A program made the position numbers and the translations under genes. The notes under the pieces are model-generated. The model had not been told where the DNA came from. It saw only the letters and a list, made by a program, of their open reading frames with translations, and made no database searches. A stretch of 63,837 nucleotides of DNA, filler included, from Choristocarpus tenellus KU-1152 (taxonomy: Eukaryota > Protista > Phaeophyceae): the NCBI GenBank assembly GCA_964200185.2. It is 11 parts of 11 records of this genome, joined end to end, with 100 filler letters (N's around TTAATTAATTAA, not from the genome) between each part and the next. Parts side by side here need not be neighbours in the genome. Positions count along the whole stretch, not along the records: positions 6,891 to 16,550 come from CAXNAD020003497.1; positions 16,651 to 25,623 come from CAXNAD020004147.1; 9 more parts are not named here. One strand, given 5' to 3'. Position 1 is the stretch's first letter, and the number at the start of each line of letters is the position of its first letter. Positions 13,998-25,614 of this stretch are shown here, piece by piece.

Positions 13998-15785
13998 ATG
14001 GAGGGAGACGACGAGGGAAAATCCAATGGGGGAGCACCCGTGCACGTAGTTGACCTTCTGCGACAGTATGATTTCCTCGTCATTGGTGCCAATGGAAAGG
14101 TCCACTGCAATTTGACGGGCCACGACATGCCTCCTCATGTCGATGCTATCAAGCAACACCTTTCGAGCAAGAAGTTGAAAAAGCAGAAGGAGTGGTAGGT
14201 ACCTGTTAGTGTAGATGATTTATTTCTAATAGAATTAGTATCGCACCAAGGTCCTCGTCTCTTCTCTCTCCTTTTGTGGCTGGAACACCATAGGCACTCT
14301 GTGCTGATGTGTTGATTAGGTTGCTTGATATACGTACGCACCGATAGTGGACTTGCGCAGCGAACCTCGTTTTCGTTCGCCCTATGATTTATTTTTTCTG
14401 CGCAGGATGGCTCGGCTATGGACATATCACCTCTTAATTCTTGACCCTCCAGGTATAACGCAGATTTCAGCGCGTACGAGCCGTACATCACGCCCCACAA
14501 AAGGAAGCCCAAGCTTCTTTTTTGCCACTTAACGGAAACGGAGCTCAATCGTATTCCCTCCCAAGTGGAGGCCCATGTGAAGGGGAAAAAATTCCAACGC
14601 AGGAAGCGAGAGAGAGAGGAGAGGACCAATGGTGACAGGGGTAAAGGCGGACATGGAAGTGGTAGAGAGGAGGACTTCTGGGTGAGTCTTTTTCAATGTC
14701 TACTTGAATTTTCAAATTGCTTGGTAATACTATATACTATAACTGTATTAAGGTGCCCTAAAGGGTAATGTCTGAGTGATGTACTTTTATGGAGATGGAG
14801 ATTCACCGTGAGCCGATCGGGGCCTTCGATCTCATACCTTTCCTCTGACCACGCATCAGCATCTTGACATCTCCGATCTCAACAGACCCCAGGGGAGAGT
14901 GATCATGAAGAAGAAATGGAGGAGGATGCAGACATTGCAATGTCCGAGGAGGAGGAGGAGGAGGAGGAGGAGGAGGAAGGGGGAAGTGAGGAGGATGAAA
15001 AAGAGGGTGGGGCCCGGAGAAGTCCAAAAGAAAATGTTATCCCCGAGAAAAAAGGGATTTCAAAGAAGGGTAAATCTGGAGGAGGTATGGGAGAAACGAA
15101 TAAGCATAAGTCTACTGCATTTGATACCACTGCCAAGAGTCGGGAAGGGATGAAGGGTGTAACCAAGGCCAACCAAGTTGCTGGCCTTGGGGTCGTGGGA
15201 GATCGAATATCCAAGACTGAGGCGAAAGACAAGAGTAAGAGCAAGAGTAAGAGCAAGAGCAAGAACAGGAACAAGAGCAACGCCACGGGTAAATGGGAAG
15301 TCAAGGATGTCAAAATCAGCGGCTTGGGTTTAGGGGTAGGTAACAATACCAAGGGAGAGCCCGACAAGTCCAGTGGAGAGGCACCAATCTCGAAGGTTCA
15401 GGTTCAGAAAACGGATGAAACGGTAGGGGACTCCAAGGTTGTGTCTAATGGGAAAAGTGATGCCAATAGCAAGATCAAATCAAAGAAAACAAATAAGTTC
15501 AAGGGTGGACCCTCTGGGGCTGTGTCAGGGTCTCCAGTTGTGGACGAAGCGTCTGGTCTCCCTGCTGTAGTTTTCGAGAGCGGGCAGGTCCAGACAGATA
15601 AGGCGAAGGGGAGGAAGAAAAAGAAGTCAAAGAACGGAATAGGAAAGGTCCAGGGAGTTGCGCAGGGGGGTGCGTTGGAAGAAATAAATCCAGTGCCTAA
15701 GGACACAGAGGGTGCAATACGGAGAGAGAAGAGGTCAGGGGGAGGCAGCCGAAAAAAGGTATATGGTTTACGTTTTGTTAAGTGA
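13998..15785 (+). CDS. SURF2: Surfeit locus protein 2; exons 13998-14194, 14453-14681, 14886-15785
   Basis: KVHCNLTGHDMP, WYNADFSAYEPYITPH, LFCHLTETELNR..VEAHVKGKKF and EDFW, followed by an acidic and Lys-rich tail. Splice phases are consistent. Confidence 0.9.
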
Positions 15786-16650
15786 GGGACACTTCTTGGT
15801 TGATTGTGTCACAACATTTATTTTTATTTTTTGAACTCTTTTTTCTAGCCTCTTTCCACGCGAAGGGGTGGTGCGATGCTTGTCACGGCAGAATTAAAAA
15901 AATAAAATGTTCCTTTTTTGGGGGGTCGGGGGGCGGGGGGGGGCGGTGGATTACTGGTTGAGAAAATTCTTGATGAGTTCTGATGGACGTGGGATCAGGA
16001 ATGGGTGTAACTGTCGAGTGTTACGATTATCGTCTGCCAAAGGTTTGATTTTTTTTGCCCTTTCCTCCTTAAAGATGTCTTGTGTAGTCATACAACGATA
16101 CCACTGACTAGATGGCGGGACCTATTTTTTAGTGGCTTCTTGTAACTGCGCAAATGCTCTCAACAGATACGTCTTCTACCGCATGTCCAAGCGCCCCTCG
16201 CTGTACGCTGCTGATGGTGTGTTGAAGTGATGTATTTGGATGCATGTATAACCCTAACCCTTCCGTTTCGACTGTTACAAGACTGGTTCTACCCCTCCGT
16301 CCAGGATTGACTTTGTTACAACAGCAACGCCTCCTTGTCACAAAAAACGAACGTGCTGCTTGCATCGATTCATCCATTTCTTTAACCAAGCAACCAGACA
16401 CCTCATTTTTAGCTGCAATTTACCATGTGTTGGTTTTCCCACATGCTTTTGTTCACAGTCACTCCCAAGAATATCCAAAACATTTGCATAGATGTGTAGC
16501 ATCTCATGTTCTCCCCCCTCCCCCCCCCCCCCCCTTCCCCTCCTTCCCCCNNNNNNNNNNNNNNNNNNNNNNNNNNNNNNNNNNNNNNNNNNNNTTAATT
16601 AATTAANNNNNNNNNNNNNNNNNNNNNNNNNNNNNNNNNNNNNNNNNNNN

Positions 16651-18200
16651 CAGTTTCATAAACACCATTATGACATTGAAGTTCTAGATTTGATATATTT
16701 GTACTTCTTGACTTTTTATTTATTATTTGGTCATTATCGTCCCCGATTGGGATAAGACATCGTAGACCAGTTCCTTTCTTTATATGACGATAATGACGAT
16801 AATCCATGTGACAGATCCAGCATACTTGACGACTTGTGCATCAGGAGTCCTATATGTACATCGGCATCATCTATACAACCGTGGATTGGAGCTATACATC
16901 CTGGGGAGGTAAGCTTTGAGGGGCGCCTGTAACAGTTACACCAAATATTGTTCTGGAACATGTTGCATTCATGTGACTCGATGTTAGGTTTTGACAACAC
17001 TTCTCTGTTTTAGCGCCTTTCCAATTCGTGAAACCCTGTGCATCCACTGCAAGGTCCCTGTCACTAACATATGGATCAACCCTGCAATCCGACTCACCCG
17101 CACCACCCACAGGGTCCAGCACATGTGTACACACTGTTGGTTCTGAATTCCTTCTAACCACCTCTGGAACTGAACCCCTGGACCCACTGTAATTTAACAT
17201 GGATTAATTATTAGGCCATCGAATGATCCAATCACCAGGTCCACAACCTCCAGACGAACAGTAGAACCCGCCCTACGGCCCAAACCTTCTGGAGTGACGG
17301 TAGGACCAACAACAGGCTATACAACTTCCGCACTGACTTTGGGACTCATTGCATCATCGGCTAAACCAACTACTGGATTGCAGAACCAATCATAGCGATG
17401 GTCAGGATTGAATCCACTGAACCCACTGCAAGGGCTCACACACTTGATAAACCTTAATCCCACATGGATCTGGACTAAACGTAACGTCCTTTGCTAGACC
17501 AACTCTAGTACCTATTTACCCTGAACCACTTTGGGGTCATCAATTGGATCAACCACTAGATCCCAAAAACCTCCAGACGGAATACAGGACCAATTGTAGA
17601 ATCCAAAAGCCCTCTGGACTAACTGTAGGGACAACCACAATGGGACTAACCATAGGGTTCAAACCCATTTGAACTGGATGTAGAACTTACCATAGTGACC
17701 ACTAGGATCGATTCTTCTGGGCCCACTGTCGTAGGATCCCATACACTCCGATCAACCTCAATTCTCGATGGGCCTGGACCAAATGAAAGGGCTTTGCTAG
17801 ACCAACCATAGTATCCCATTTACCTTAACCTGCTTCAGGGACACATGTTCCAACACCTCCCCTGCAGAAACCGCGTTGTCCTCACTTCGTTCACCTATTC
17901 CCCTGTGTAAACTATCTGGCTCTCAAGTATATAGAGGACTTCTACTTTGGATCCCAGACCCTGCAACTAAACACCGGTTCACCTTTTCTCAGCAGGTAAT
18001 TTTGGTACTCTTGTTATTGGACCTGCTACCACTCCTTCTCAGCTAATAATCCCATCTACCTGGAAATGATCTGGTCCTGGTCTCCAGGTATGGGACCCTT
18101 CATGTTCCCCAGTGCTCATCACTCTCATGTTGCTCTTTCTTCATCCTTTCCTCCTGGTACTGTTGTGCCCTTAACATAGCACAGAGCTTGCAACCCTAGG
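16651..18200 (-). mobile_element. Decayed Ty3/Gypsy-like LTR retrotransposon fragment with internal diverged repeats
   Basis: Minus-strand remnants APQSLPP and ICHMDYR...CLIP..DD.DQI resemble the start of a Gypsy RT. Many stops. Confidence 0.4.
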
Positions 18201-20285
18201 TTTTCTGTCTCTTGAGAAATTCTTGCTCAGGCGCAACTGAACAGCCACTTCCTACCTTTGCTGTCTTTTGTAGATTCATGTTCAACCTCCTACTACATAC
18301 TTTGCATACTTGGGCAAAGCTCCCCCTGTACTTCTCGCCTCCTCGAATAAGTCTTTCGAGAACTGCGAAGCGAAGAGAACATACGTATACAGCGCTAACC
18401 CTAACCCTGACCTAAATATTTGTATGTTTTTACTCTACTACTGTCGGGATGTTTTGTATTGTGATACATTTATGTAGGGGTTTGGTATTTATTACTAAAT
18501 CACCTGAGTTGTGCTTGAAATTCTCAATTATCCATGTATATATGCGTAGAATGTTAGACTTCTGGAGTGTCGTTTCCCTTTACTACAATCAAACTGTACA
18601 TTTTACAACTAACTTGGAAGATGATAGAGTTCAATAACGACCCTGGGTCAACAATATTCACCACAATGAAGACTGAACAACTTGTCCAAGTAGTGCAGCA
18701 TCGGATATAGTCACTCGTACTTGGGATCTAGGTACTTTCGAGCCTCTATATTTTCAATTTTCGAATTGATACATGACACACTGGATATTTAGAGAGTAAA
18801 TTGTATCCCTACCTCACCCTCTCGCTCGATGGACCTGTCTACCCCACCTAATTGTGACGGTCCGACTCCAGTATATTACCACAGGGCTGAACCAACAGAT
18901 TGGAAGTAGGAGGTTTTTGTTTTGTTTTGATTGGATTTGATTTGATTTTTCCTAGTACAAATTTAAACACTTAGAATTTGGGATCCATCCATATCCAGTT
19001 TTGTTTTTTATTGCAACAATAGCAGAGTAATGTGACGAGGGGAACAAGAGCGGAAGAACTCAAATTTTTTTGATGGATCATGTATGACATATTAGGATCT
19101 GTTACGAGAAAGGGATGGATTGGTCATATTGTCAACCCGAGTCAATCAACGAGCAATAGGAAATTTCTGTTTATTCAGTCTGGAAGAATATGCGGAATTA
19201 TAATATTTGACTCTCTTTCTCCCTGTTTGTTGTTCAAACATGGGTGAAGGAATGTTGAAGCTCGAAGAGATGGTAATAGATGTTGGTCAGGATCGTTGTT
19301 GGACTCTTTCAGTACTGGGTTTGACAATAGGCATAGAGCTTGTTCAAAGCAGGTCTCCCATTCTATGTTAGGATTCACGTTGACTCCATTCCACCGTGTT
19401 CGAGCTTTCAGGAGATATGTGGGGATACCGCAAGATAATATGTATTGCAGCTTTTGCTCTGACCACCTTGTTCGCGTACCATGATGTGGTGGATGGACTC
19501 CAGATCTTGGGCTCAGAGGACAATGTGGGGATCCGCAAGATACCACCCAAGCTTTGCATTGCTTACACCTGTTTCCCCCGAATACAACGAGCTGTAGGAG
19601 CGATGCACAGTTCTCCCCTGTGACATTGACTTACGGCCATGATCATTTCCGCCAACATCAGACATAGATATACTGTAGATAGCTGGCATTGCCAAGATGG
19701 ACTCGTCCTTAAGGCTCCTTTGGCGCTGCCCTCTATACCAAGCCTTACATGTGCTCGAATACCTCACCTTCCACTGGAGAACTTCGTCGAGAGCACTGCT
19801 CTATAGAGAGCTCAAAGTGCGGTCAGGTAGCAGAGAGGAGAAGTCAATGTACCGAGATTTCAGAGACAATAGTGAAGACATCTTAGCAGTAGTAGTCGAT
19901 GAGAGGGCAGCTGATGCCTAGGGTGCATTCGAAATTTAGACTTACCGGATTTTCATGTCATCAAAGCAACCTCGCGGGACCTCTGTCGTCTCTTCCACCT
20001 TCGATCATTGCACCACATCACACATGTTCTCCCTCGGCCACCTTGCGTCCCTTGTCCATGAGTGCTGACAGGCAGGCACAGAGATTGTTCCTCCAGCTGT
20101 CTTAGGTGAGCCGACAGTTTTGAGCGGTGAGGAGATGGAGAACTGTGCCGCACCGACAATGATACCGGCAGAACGAGGTAAGCTCCATCGGTATACCTGC
20201 AATCGAAGCAGGGAGTTCAGGAAGTGCATATTCAGGCGTAACTGACCACACAACACACCAAGGCACTCCTTGCAACTATTGACCT

Positions 20286-20464
20286 GACCCAAAGTATCTG
20301 GGAGGGATGGGGGGTTTACAGCATGGTATTTATTTGGGTCAAAATCAGGAAAAGTGCATTTACAGTAACCATCCGACGTATGCAATCAAATCACCCAAAA
20401 ATCGCGACAATAAAAAATTGACCCCAAATGGACAGCTGCCACCCCCTCACAGATACTTTGAGCC
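20286..20464 (+). mobile_element. MITE family B, full copy, TSD ACCT
   Basis: TIRs GACCCAAAGTATCTG / CAGATACTTTGAGCC; ACCT on both flanks. Confidence 0.9.
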
Positions 20465-20780
20465 ACCTGTTTGCCCATATACTCTACTGGCTGTACTATA
20501 GTGAGCACATCCTATGACCGAGGGACCTGAACGATTGGCAGCGAATAACCCAGCCGGTTAGGAGAAAAGAGGCATAATGCCGAGACCATATACACACATA
20601 CCCGCCCGTATATGGTGTACTTCTAAGTACTATTTGTAAATCTAATTCTATCCTCCAGTATATTTACTATGAAGTCCTTACGCCAATACTGCTCTGCCTC
20701 GTACTCCGAATATCTACTCTGGTCAAATCTTGTCCCTTCGTCCTTAATAGCTACAGTTCGTCTCATGAAGCCCTGTGCTC

Positions 20781-22558
20781 ATGAATTCTCTGCCTGCGCC
20801 CAAATATACACTATGCGCTCTATTTATTCGCTACATGGCCCTTCTATCCTCTTGTCATATCACCTGTGCCAAGCCTCCACTATTGGTTTATGTTCAGTCT
20901 CGAGTCCGTCAACACTCGCTTGTCCAACCACACCAATACCGTCTCATGATCGGCCTGGTCGCCGGTGTGCCTTCTACGGCTGACTCATCTGAACACTGCT
21001 TGCAATGCGAGCTTGTGGGAAGTACAAACCCTTTTGATTTCCCCTTGCCGATTACTACTATTACTATGGATTGTACTGGAGGTGTTCTTTGTCCCCAACT
21101 CCACAACAACGAGACGGTTGTTAAAATGGTCGAGGGTCTAGGGGGGGGGGACAAAGAAGAAGAGAATGCAATCAATGAGAGTTCTCCAGTACATGAGGGC
21201 GATGATGATCTTCATGTGGAGGAGGATGAGGATGAGGATGAGGATGAGGACGAAGACGAAGACGAAGAGGAGGACGAGGACGAGGACGAGGACTACTATG
21301 AGAGAGATGGGGAATACGATGTATACGACGAGGAAGATGAAGACCTTTCTGTCCCTCCCCCTCCGTATGTATCTGCGGCAACGTGGGCACTTGGGTGCTT
21401 AGGAGAGGAGGTAAGAAGGATGGGGATGAGAGTGATCAAAATTTCGACCGAAAAATGCCGCTTTCTCTTCCAGGGGATTGGTTACTTCATTGATTAAATT
21501 AAGGTTGTTCTGACTGGTCTCTTTACTCCTCTATATTCTTCTCCATACTTCGGTGGGACAAATATTCATCCCATTCCTCGCTTTACTGATCCCCTACAAC
21601 AATCTCGTTTTTTTATTAGTTTAGTCACCCCACAATAGAGTGTGGGTACCACGTATAATGCAACAATCATGTTGCATGCATGAATAAGACCGGCTACTAC
21701 TGCATGCATTGTACCAATAAATGAAAGCTGAATTGCCATTGAAGGTGTACCCACCTGGCCATAGTACGACGAGTGATATTACTATTTTTACAAGACTGAA
21801 CCATAATGTGTTATCGCACTTTCACTGTGAATGCATTGGTATGCAATATTGACTGGAGTAGGAGTAATTAGTACTGACAACCACTAATAATAATCTCCCT
21901 CTTGGTGTAGGACTCTTTTGAGAGTGGAGATGTTCATGCTCAGAGTGAGGAACCCCAGGAGCTGAAGCCATGTGCCGTGACTCCCAGTGCCGACTTTGAC
22001 TTCTTGCGCGATGTGAGACGTGGAGCATTACCATCAACACAAAACACTTTGCCAACTCCAGACCTAACGCTTTATTGCATCATAAAAATACCAAACCTAA
22101 ACTTCAATCATGTCAAAACATGAAAAAGACACTCATGGTATTACTCCGGGAATATATTCTACTTCAAAGCATTTGGATATATTGTTTCTACACTGCATTT
22201 TTTCTACTTGGACAGAGATAGGACTCAGAAACCAACCTTTAAGCAGTCTGCACTACGTAGGTATCTTGAGGGGTGACAAGATCGCCTGAATTGGCAGAAA
22301 AATTATCTCCTCATCATTACACACAGCGAAATATTTTGCATAGTGTCTGTGAGTAGTAGAACATTCTACCACTGCAATAATGGAAGCACAATCATAATAT
22401 TATTTGGCACGTCATAGACACAACTAAATGACTCTTCCAGGAGGGGAAGGGCATGCCCCTGCAACAAGTTCTGGAGTATGAGCGAAACGGTCATATTGTG
22501 GTCAGGGGGATGTTCACTCCTGAGGAGCTGGCAGCTATTAGGATTCCTATTATCAGAG
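20781..22558 (+). CDS. Putative phytanoyl-CoA dioxygenase (PhyH)-family gene, 5' part: acidic exon ending 21410 and exon 22441-22558
   Basis: Exon 22441-22558 (cag|...|gtaagt) reads EGKGMPLQQVLEYERNGHIVVRGMFTPEELAAIR, the PhyH N-terminal motif. The upstream Asp/Glu-rich ORF has a phase-0 donor at 21410. The link between the two exons is inferred. Confidence 0.6.
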
Positions 22559-22721
22559 GTAAGTAGGGAATTACCTTGATCTAATCATCATACGCTTTGA
22601 CTTCCTAACGTCAGAAATCTATGTTCTTATCAAGTGCAAAATATGTAACTTTGGTTCTACTACTACAATAGGTATAATTTGGATCTTGTCTGATGCCGAA
22701 AATGACAGAGGATCGTATTCA

Positions 22722-22979
22722 GAGTGAAAGTATCTTAGAGGGTACGAATTTTGCCCTGTTTGTCCATTTGGGACTTGGCTTCCCACAGGTGTTTTGTGAC
22801 ATTTTCCTACTCCGATATGTTTCGGAGTAGGTAAAATTTGCACGTTATGAAAAGGTGTGTCCGGAACAAGGATATTGACACTTGCTCAAAAACATGATAG
22901 TCAAAATTACATCCAAATTGGAACATTGGAATTTGACCCCGAAATGGACGCGGCTCTACCCTCTAAGATACTTTGGCTC
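22722..22979 (-). mobile_element. MITE family A, full copy, non-matching flanks (TTCA/ACCA)
   Basis: TIRs GAGTGAAAGTATCTTAGAGGGTA / TACCCTCTAAGATACTTTGGCTC. Confidence 0.92.
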
Positions 22980-23124
22980 ACCAGGGTGTCTCTTATGACC
23001 ATAACCAGGAAAAGTGCACTTACATTATCCATCCGACGTATGCAACCAAATCAATCAAAAATCGCGACATGAAAAAATTATCCCCAAATGAACAGCCGCC
23101 ACCCCTTCGCAAATACTTTGAGTC
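22980..23124 (+). mobile_element. MITE family B, 5'-truncated, abutting family A
   Basis: Matches B internal sequence and right TIR (AAATACTTTGAGTC). Confidence 0.85.
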
Positions 23125-23768
23125 TCTAAGTTACAGATCTTAATCTGCAACTATAGCAAATCGGACTTCCCCAATTGAGGGTTCCATGCACAAGTGTACT
23201 GCTCGCACTGGTTTGAGCGCAAGAAGAAATACTTGCACTATTTGCCTGTACCACACTCTAGTTCTTCCTTATTTAATTGACGTGTGCTGTAGTAGTTCTC
23301 TTGTCCTCTGCATCACCATCAACCTGCAGACACACATCACAATACAAAGCAGTCATCATCGTTTCTGTCTAATTGAGCGAATACCACAAGACTTGAGTCA
23401 TGAACATTTCGACAGCACTTTCTAAGAAACATGAACAAATAGTCGATACAAGCCATTTTTTGGAGAAGGGATAATGAACTTCAAAAGGCACGTCAGGCAA
23501 TAACATGGCGACTCGCGTCGTGAAAGTGTATTCTTCCGAAGAAAGCTTACATTGGACAAATGTGTATGATATTATTCAAGATGATGAGTGTATTTTATGT
23601 GTCTTATTGTTCTTATCTCCTTGGTATTAGTCTTTGAGTTGTCTGTGACCAATATTAATAACGTGTGCTCCGTAATGGAAAGTAGGGTAGAGCAAGATGG
23701 AGTACATATGATAATGCAATAATTGACACGGTACAGCAAATGTGAAACATTTCTATAATTAGTATTAT

Positions 23769-24316
23769 TGTTACTGGCGAATTGCGCGAGCATTTCTTCT
23801 CATGTTTTAGCAAACACGAACATTTGTGACAGATGTATAGTGTGAGGATTGTTTCTCGCGTTCTAACAAGTGCGAACAATACACGATATTAGTAACACAT
23901 AGGTAGCCTTACAGAGAAATTATCATTTCAATGAAGATACAGAGTAAGATTTGGAATGCATACGTAACATTATAGAAGAAAATTTCAAAGTCCCCAAGAA
24001 GTTGCAGAAGAAAGGTTTATGATTGGAGTACGTGTGGAGCAGCTGCATACAAGACCAAATAAATTGTGTGGATGATGAAAATAATAAGAGGGATTTTCGC
24101 CAAAGCCATCCCACTTGCCTTCAGTCTTATCTTTTATCTTGAACGAAACTTTGAGTTGAGCTTTGAGCTAAGCACTGAGTGGAATATCAAGAAGAGAAGG
24201 ACACCTGATACCCTACAAACTGTTATCAAGGGCAACGCCCCAATAGCGTCGTTTTAAGGTCGTTGGATTTGAGTTGCACATCCTGTGTAGGTGAGTTCTG
24301 AGGGGCACGCTGTAAC
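23769..24316 (+). mobile_element. Element C, split diverged copy (left part ~23769-23870, right part ~24238-24316)
   Basis: Similar to the two halves of 24902-25134. Confidence 0.65.
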
Positions 24317-24429
24317 ATGGAGGTCCTACCGAGACTTCACGCTGTAACATTATATTTATATTATTATGCCCTCTGGCGTTTTCCATATGTGTCAGGGGGG
24401 AAACCAATGAAAACTATAAATATTGTCAG

Positions 24430-24901
24430 CATAAACCCTAAAATAACTAAAATGTCGTAAATGTGAAAAACCCTAATCCATTTGTTACTTCATCACTATG
24501 AGTGAAAGTATCTTAGAGGGTACGAGTTTTTCCCTGTTTGTCCATTTGGGGCTTGGATTTCCACGGGTTTTGTATGACATTTTACCTACTCCAAAATGTT
24601 TTGGAGTAGGTAAAATGTATACCGTATGAAAAGGTGTGTCCGAAACAAGGATATTAACATCTCTTAACTAACACGATAGCCAAAATTACATCAAAATTGC
24701 AACATTGGATTTTGACCCCCAAATGGACGCGGCTCTACCCTCTAAGGTACTTTGACTCCTATCTATGTTGTACTACTGCCCTCCTGTGTTTCCAATCTAT
24801 CTATACCTGTGCCTCGGGAGGAGCTGGGGAGGCGTCCCAAAAATCCAATAAACCTCTCCGTGCCCATCTCCCTGGTGATTCCAGCTTAAAACGCATGATA
24901 C
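24430..24901 (+). repeat. Dispersed repeat D (second copy ~51748-51951), host of A and C insertions
   Basis: Shared ...GGAGGCRTCCCAARAATCCAAYA...CCGTGCCCATCTCCCTGGTGA...GCATGA block. Confidence 0.75.
24500..24758 (-). mobile_element. MITE family A, full copy, TSD CTAT
   Basis: TIRs present; CTAT on both flanks; empty site at ~51800-51820. Confidence 0.95.
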
Positions 24902-25134
24902 TGTTACAGGTGAATAGCGTGAGCATTTCTTCTTGTATTTCAACAAAGTTTGAGCATTTGTTACAGGCGAATAGCGCGAGCATTTTCTCCTCATGTGTTA
25001 GGAAATACGAACATTTGTAACAGACATATAATGCGAAGATTGTTTCTCGAGTTCTGACCCCATAGCATCGTTTTAAGGTCGTTGGATTTGAGTTGTACAT
25101 CCTGGAAGGTGAGCATTGAGGGGGGCCTGTAACA
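24902..25134 (+). mobile_element. Element C: TGTTACAGG...CCTGTAACA, TSD ATAC (Ginger-like MITE or solo LTR)
   Basis: 9-bp perfect terminal inverted repeat, ATAC on both flanks, internal ~57-bp tandem duplication. Confidence 0.8.
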
Positions 25135-25279
25135 ATACGTCTAGACATTAATTGCATTATATTGTTTTGGCCTCTGTAACTATTAATAGCACAAGGAAAA
25201 TATCTTATCTTCTGTGGTTTTGTTGATAATGAGGTAGGATTTAGATGTGAAGAGAAAGAGAAGAATATGCATTTCTAGT

Positions 25280-25351
25280 AGCTTCGTGGTATAATCGTTA
25301 GCTCTCACCCCTGTCACGGACAAGATCCGGGTTCGACTCCTGGCGAGGTCA
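25280..25351 (+). pseudogene. Degenerate tRNA-Asp(GTC) or tRNA-derived SINE head
   Basis: A-box TGGTATAATCG, anticodon loop CTGTCAC, T-arm CCGGGTTCGACTCCTGG. Anticodon and acceptor stems are mismatched. Confidence 0.7.
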
Positions 25352-25435
25352 CTTTGTGCTTTCGCACCTCGTTTCTTCTTCTTCTTTAGTATCACGAAGC
25401 AGAGCAACTCACACTCGATTAATCAGTCACGTTGT

Positions 25436-25614
25436 GGCTCAAAGTAGCTGGGAGGGGGTAGCGGCTGTCCATTTGGGGTCAACTTTTTCATGTCGCGATG
25501 TTGGGTGATTTGATTGCATACGTCGGATGGATAATGTAAATGCACTTTTCTTGCTTTTGGGGTAAATGGACACCCTACTGTAGACCCCTCCCCCCCTCCC
25601 AGATACTTTGGGTC
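25436..25614 (-). mobile_element. MITE family B, full copy, TSD TGT
   Basis: GGCTCAAAGTAGCTG...CAGATACTTTGGGTC; TGT on both flanks. Confidence 0.9.

Noticed and set aside
19150-20280. Possible decayed transposase or recombinase
   Set aside because: No diagnostic motif could be supported by eye. It needs TBLASTX.
25280-25351. Functional tRNA-Asp gene
   Set aside because: Anticodon and acceptor stems do not pair properly, so it is reported as a pseudogene or SINE head.
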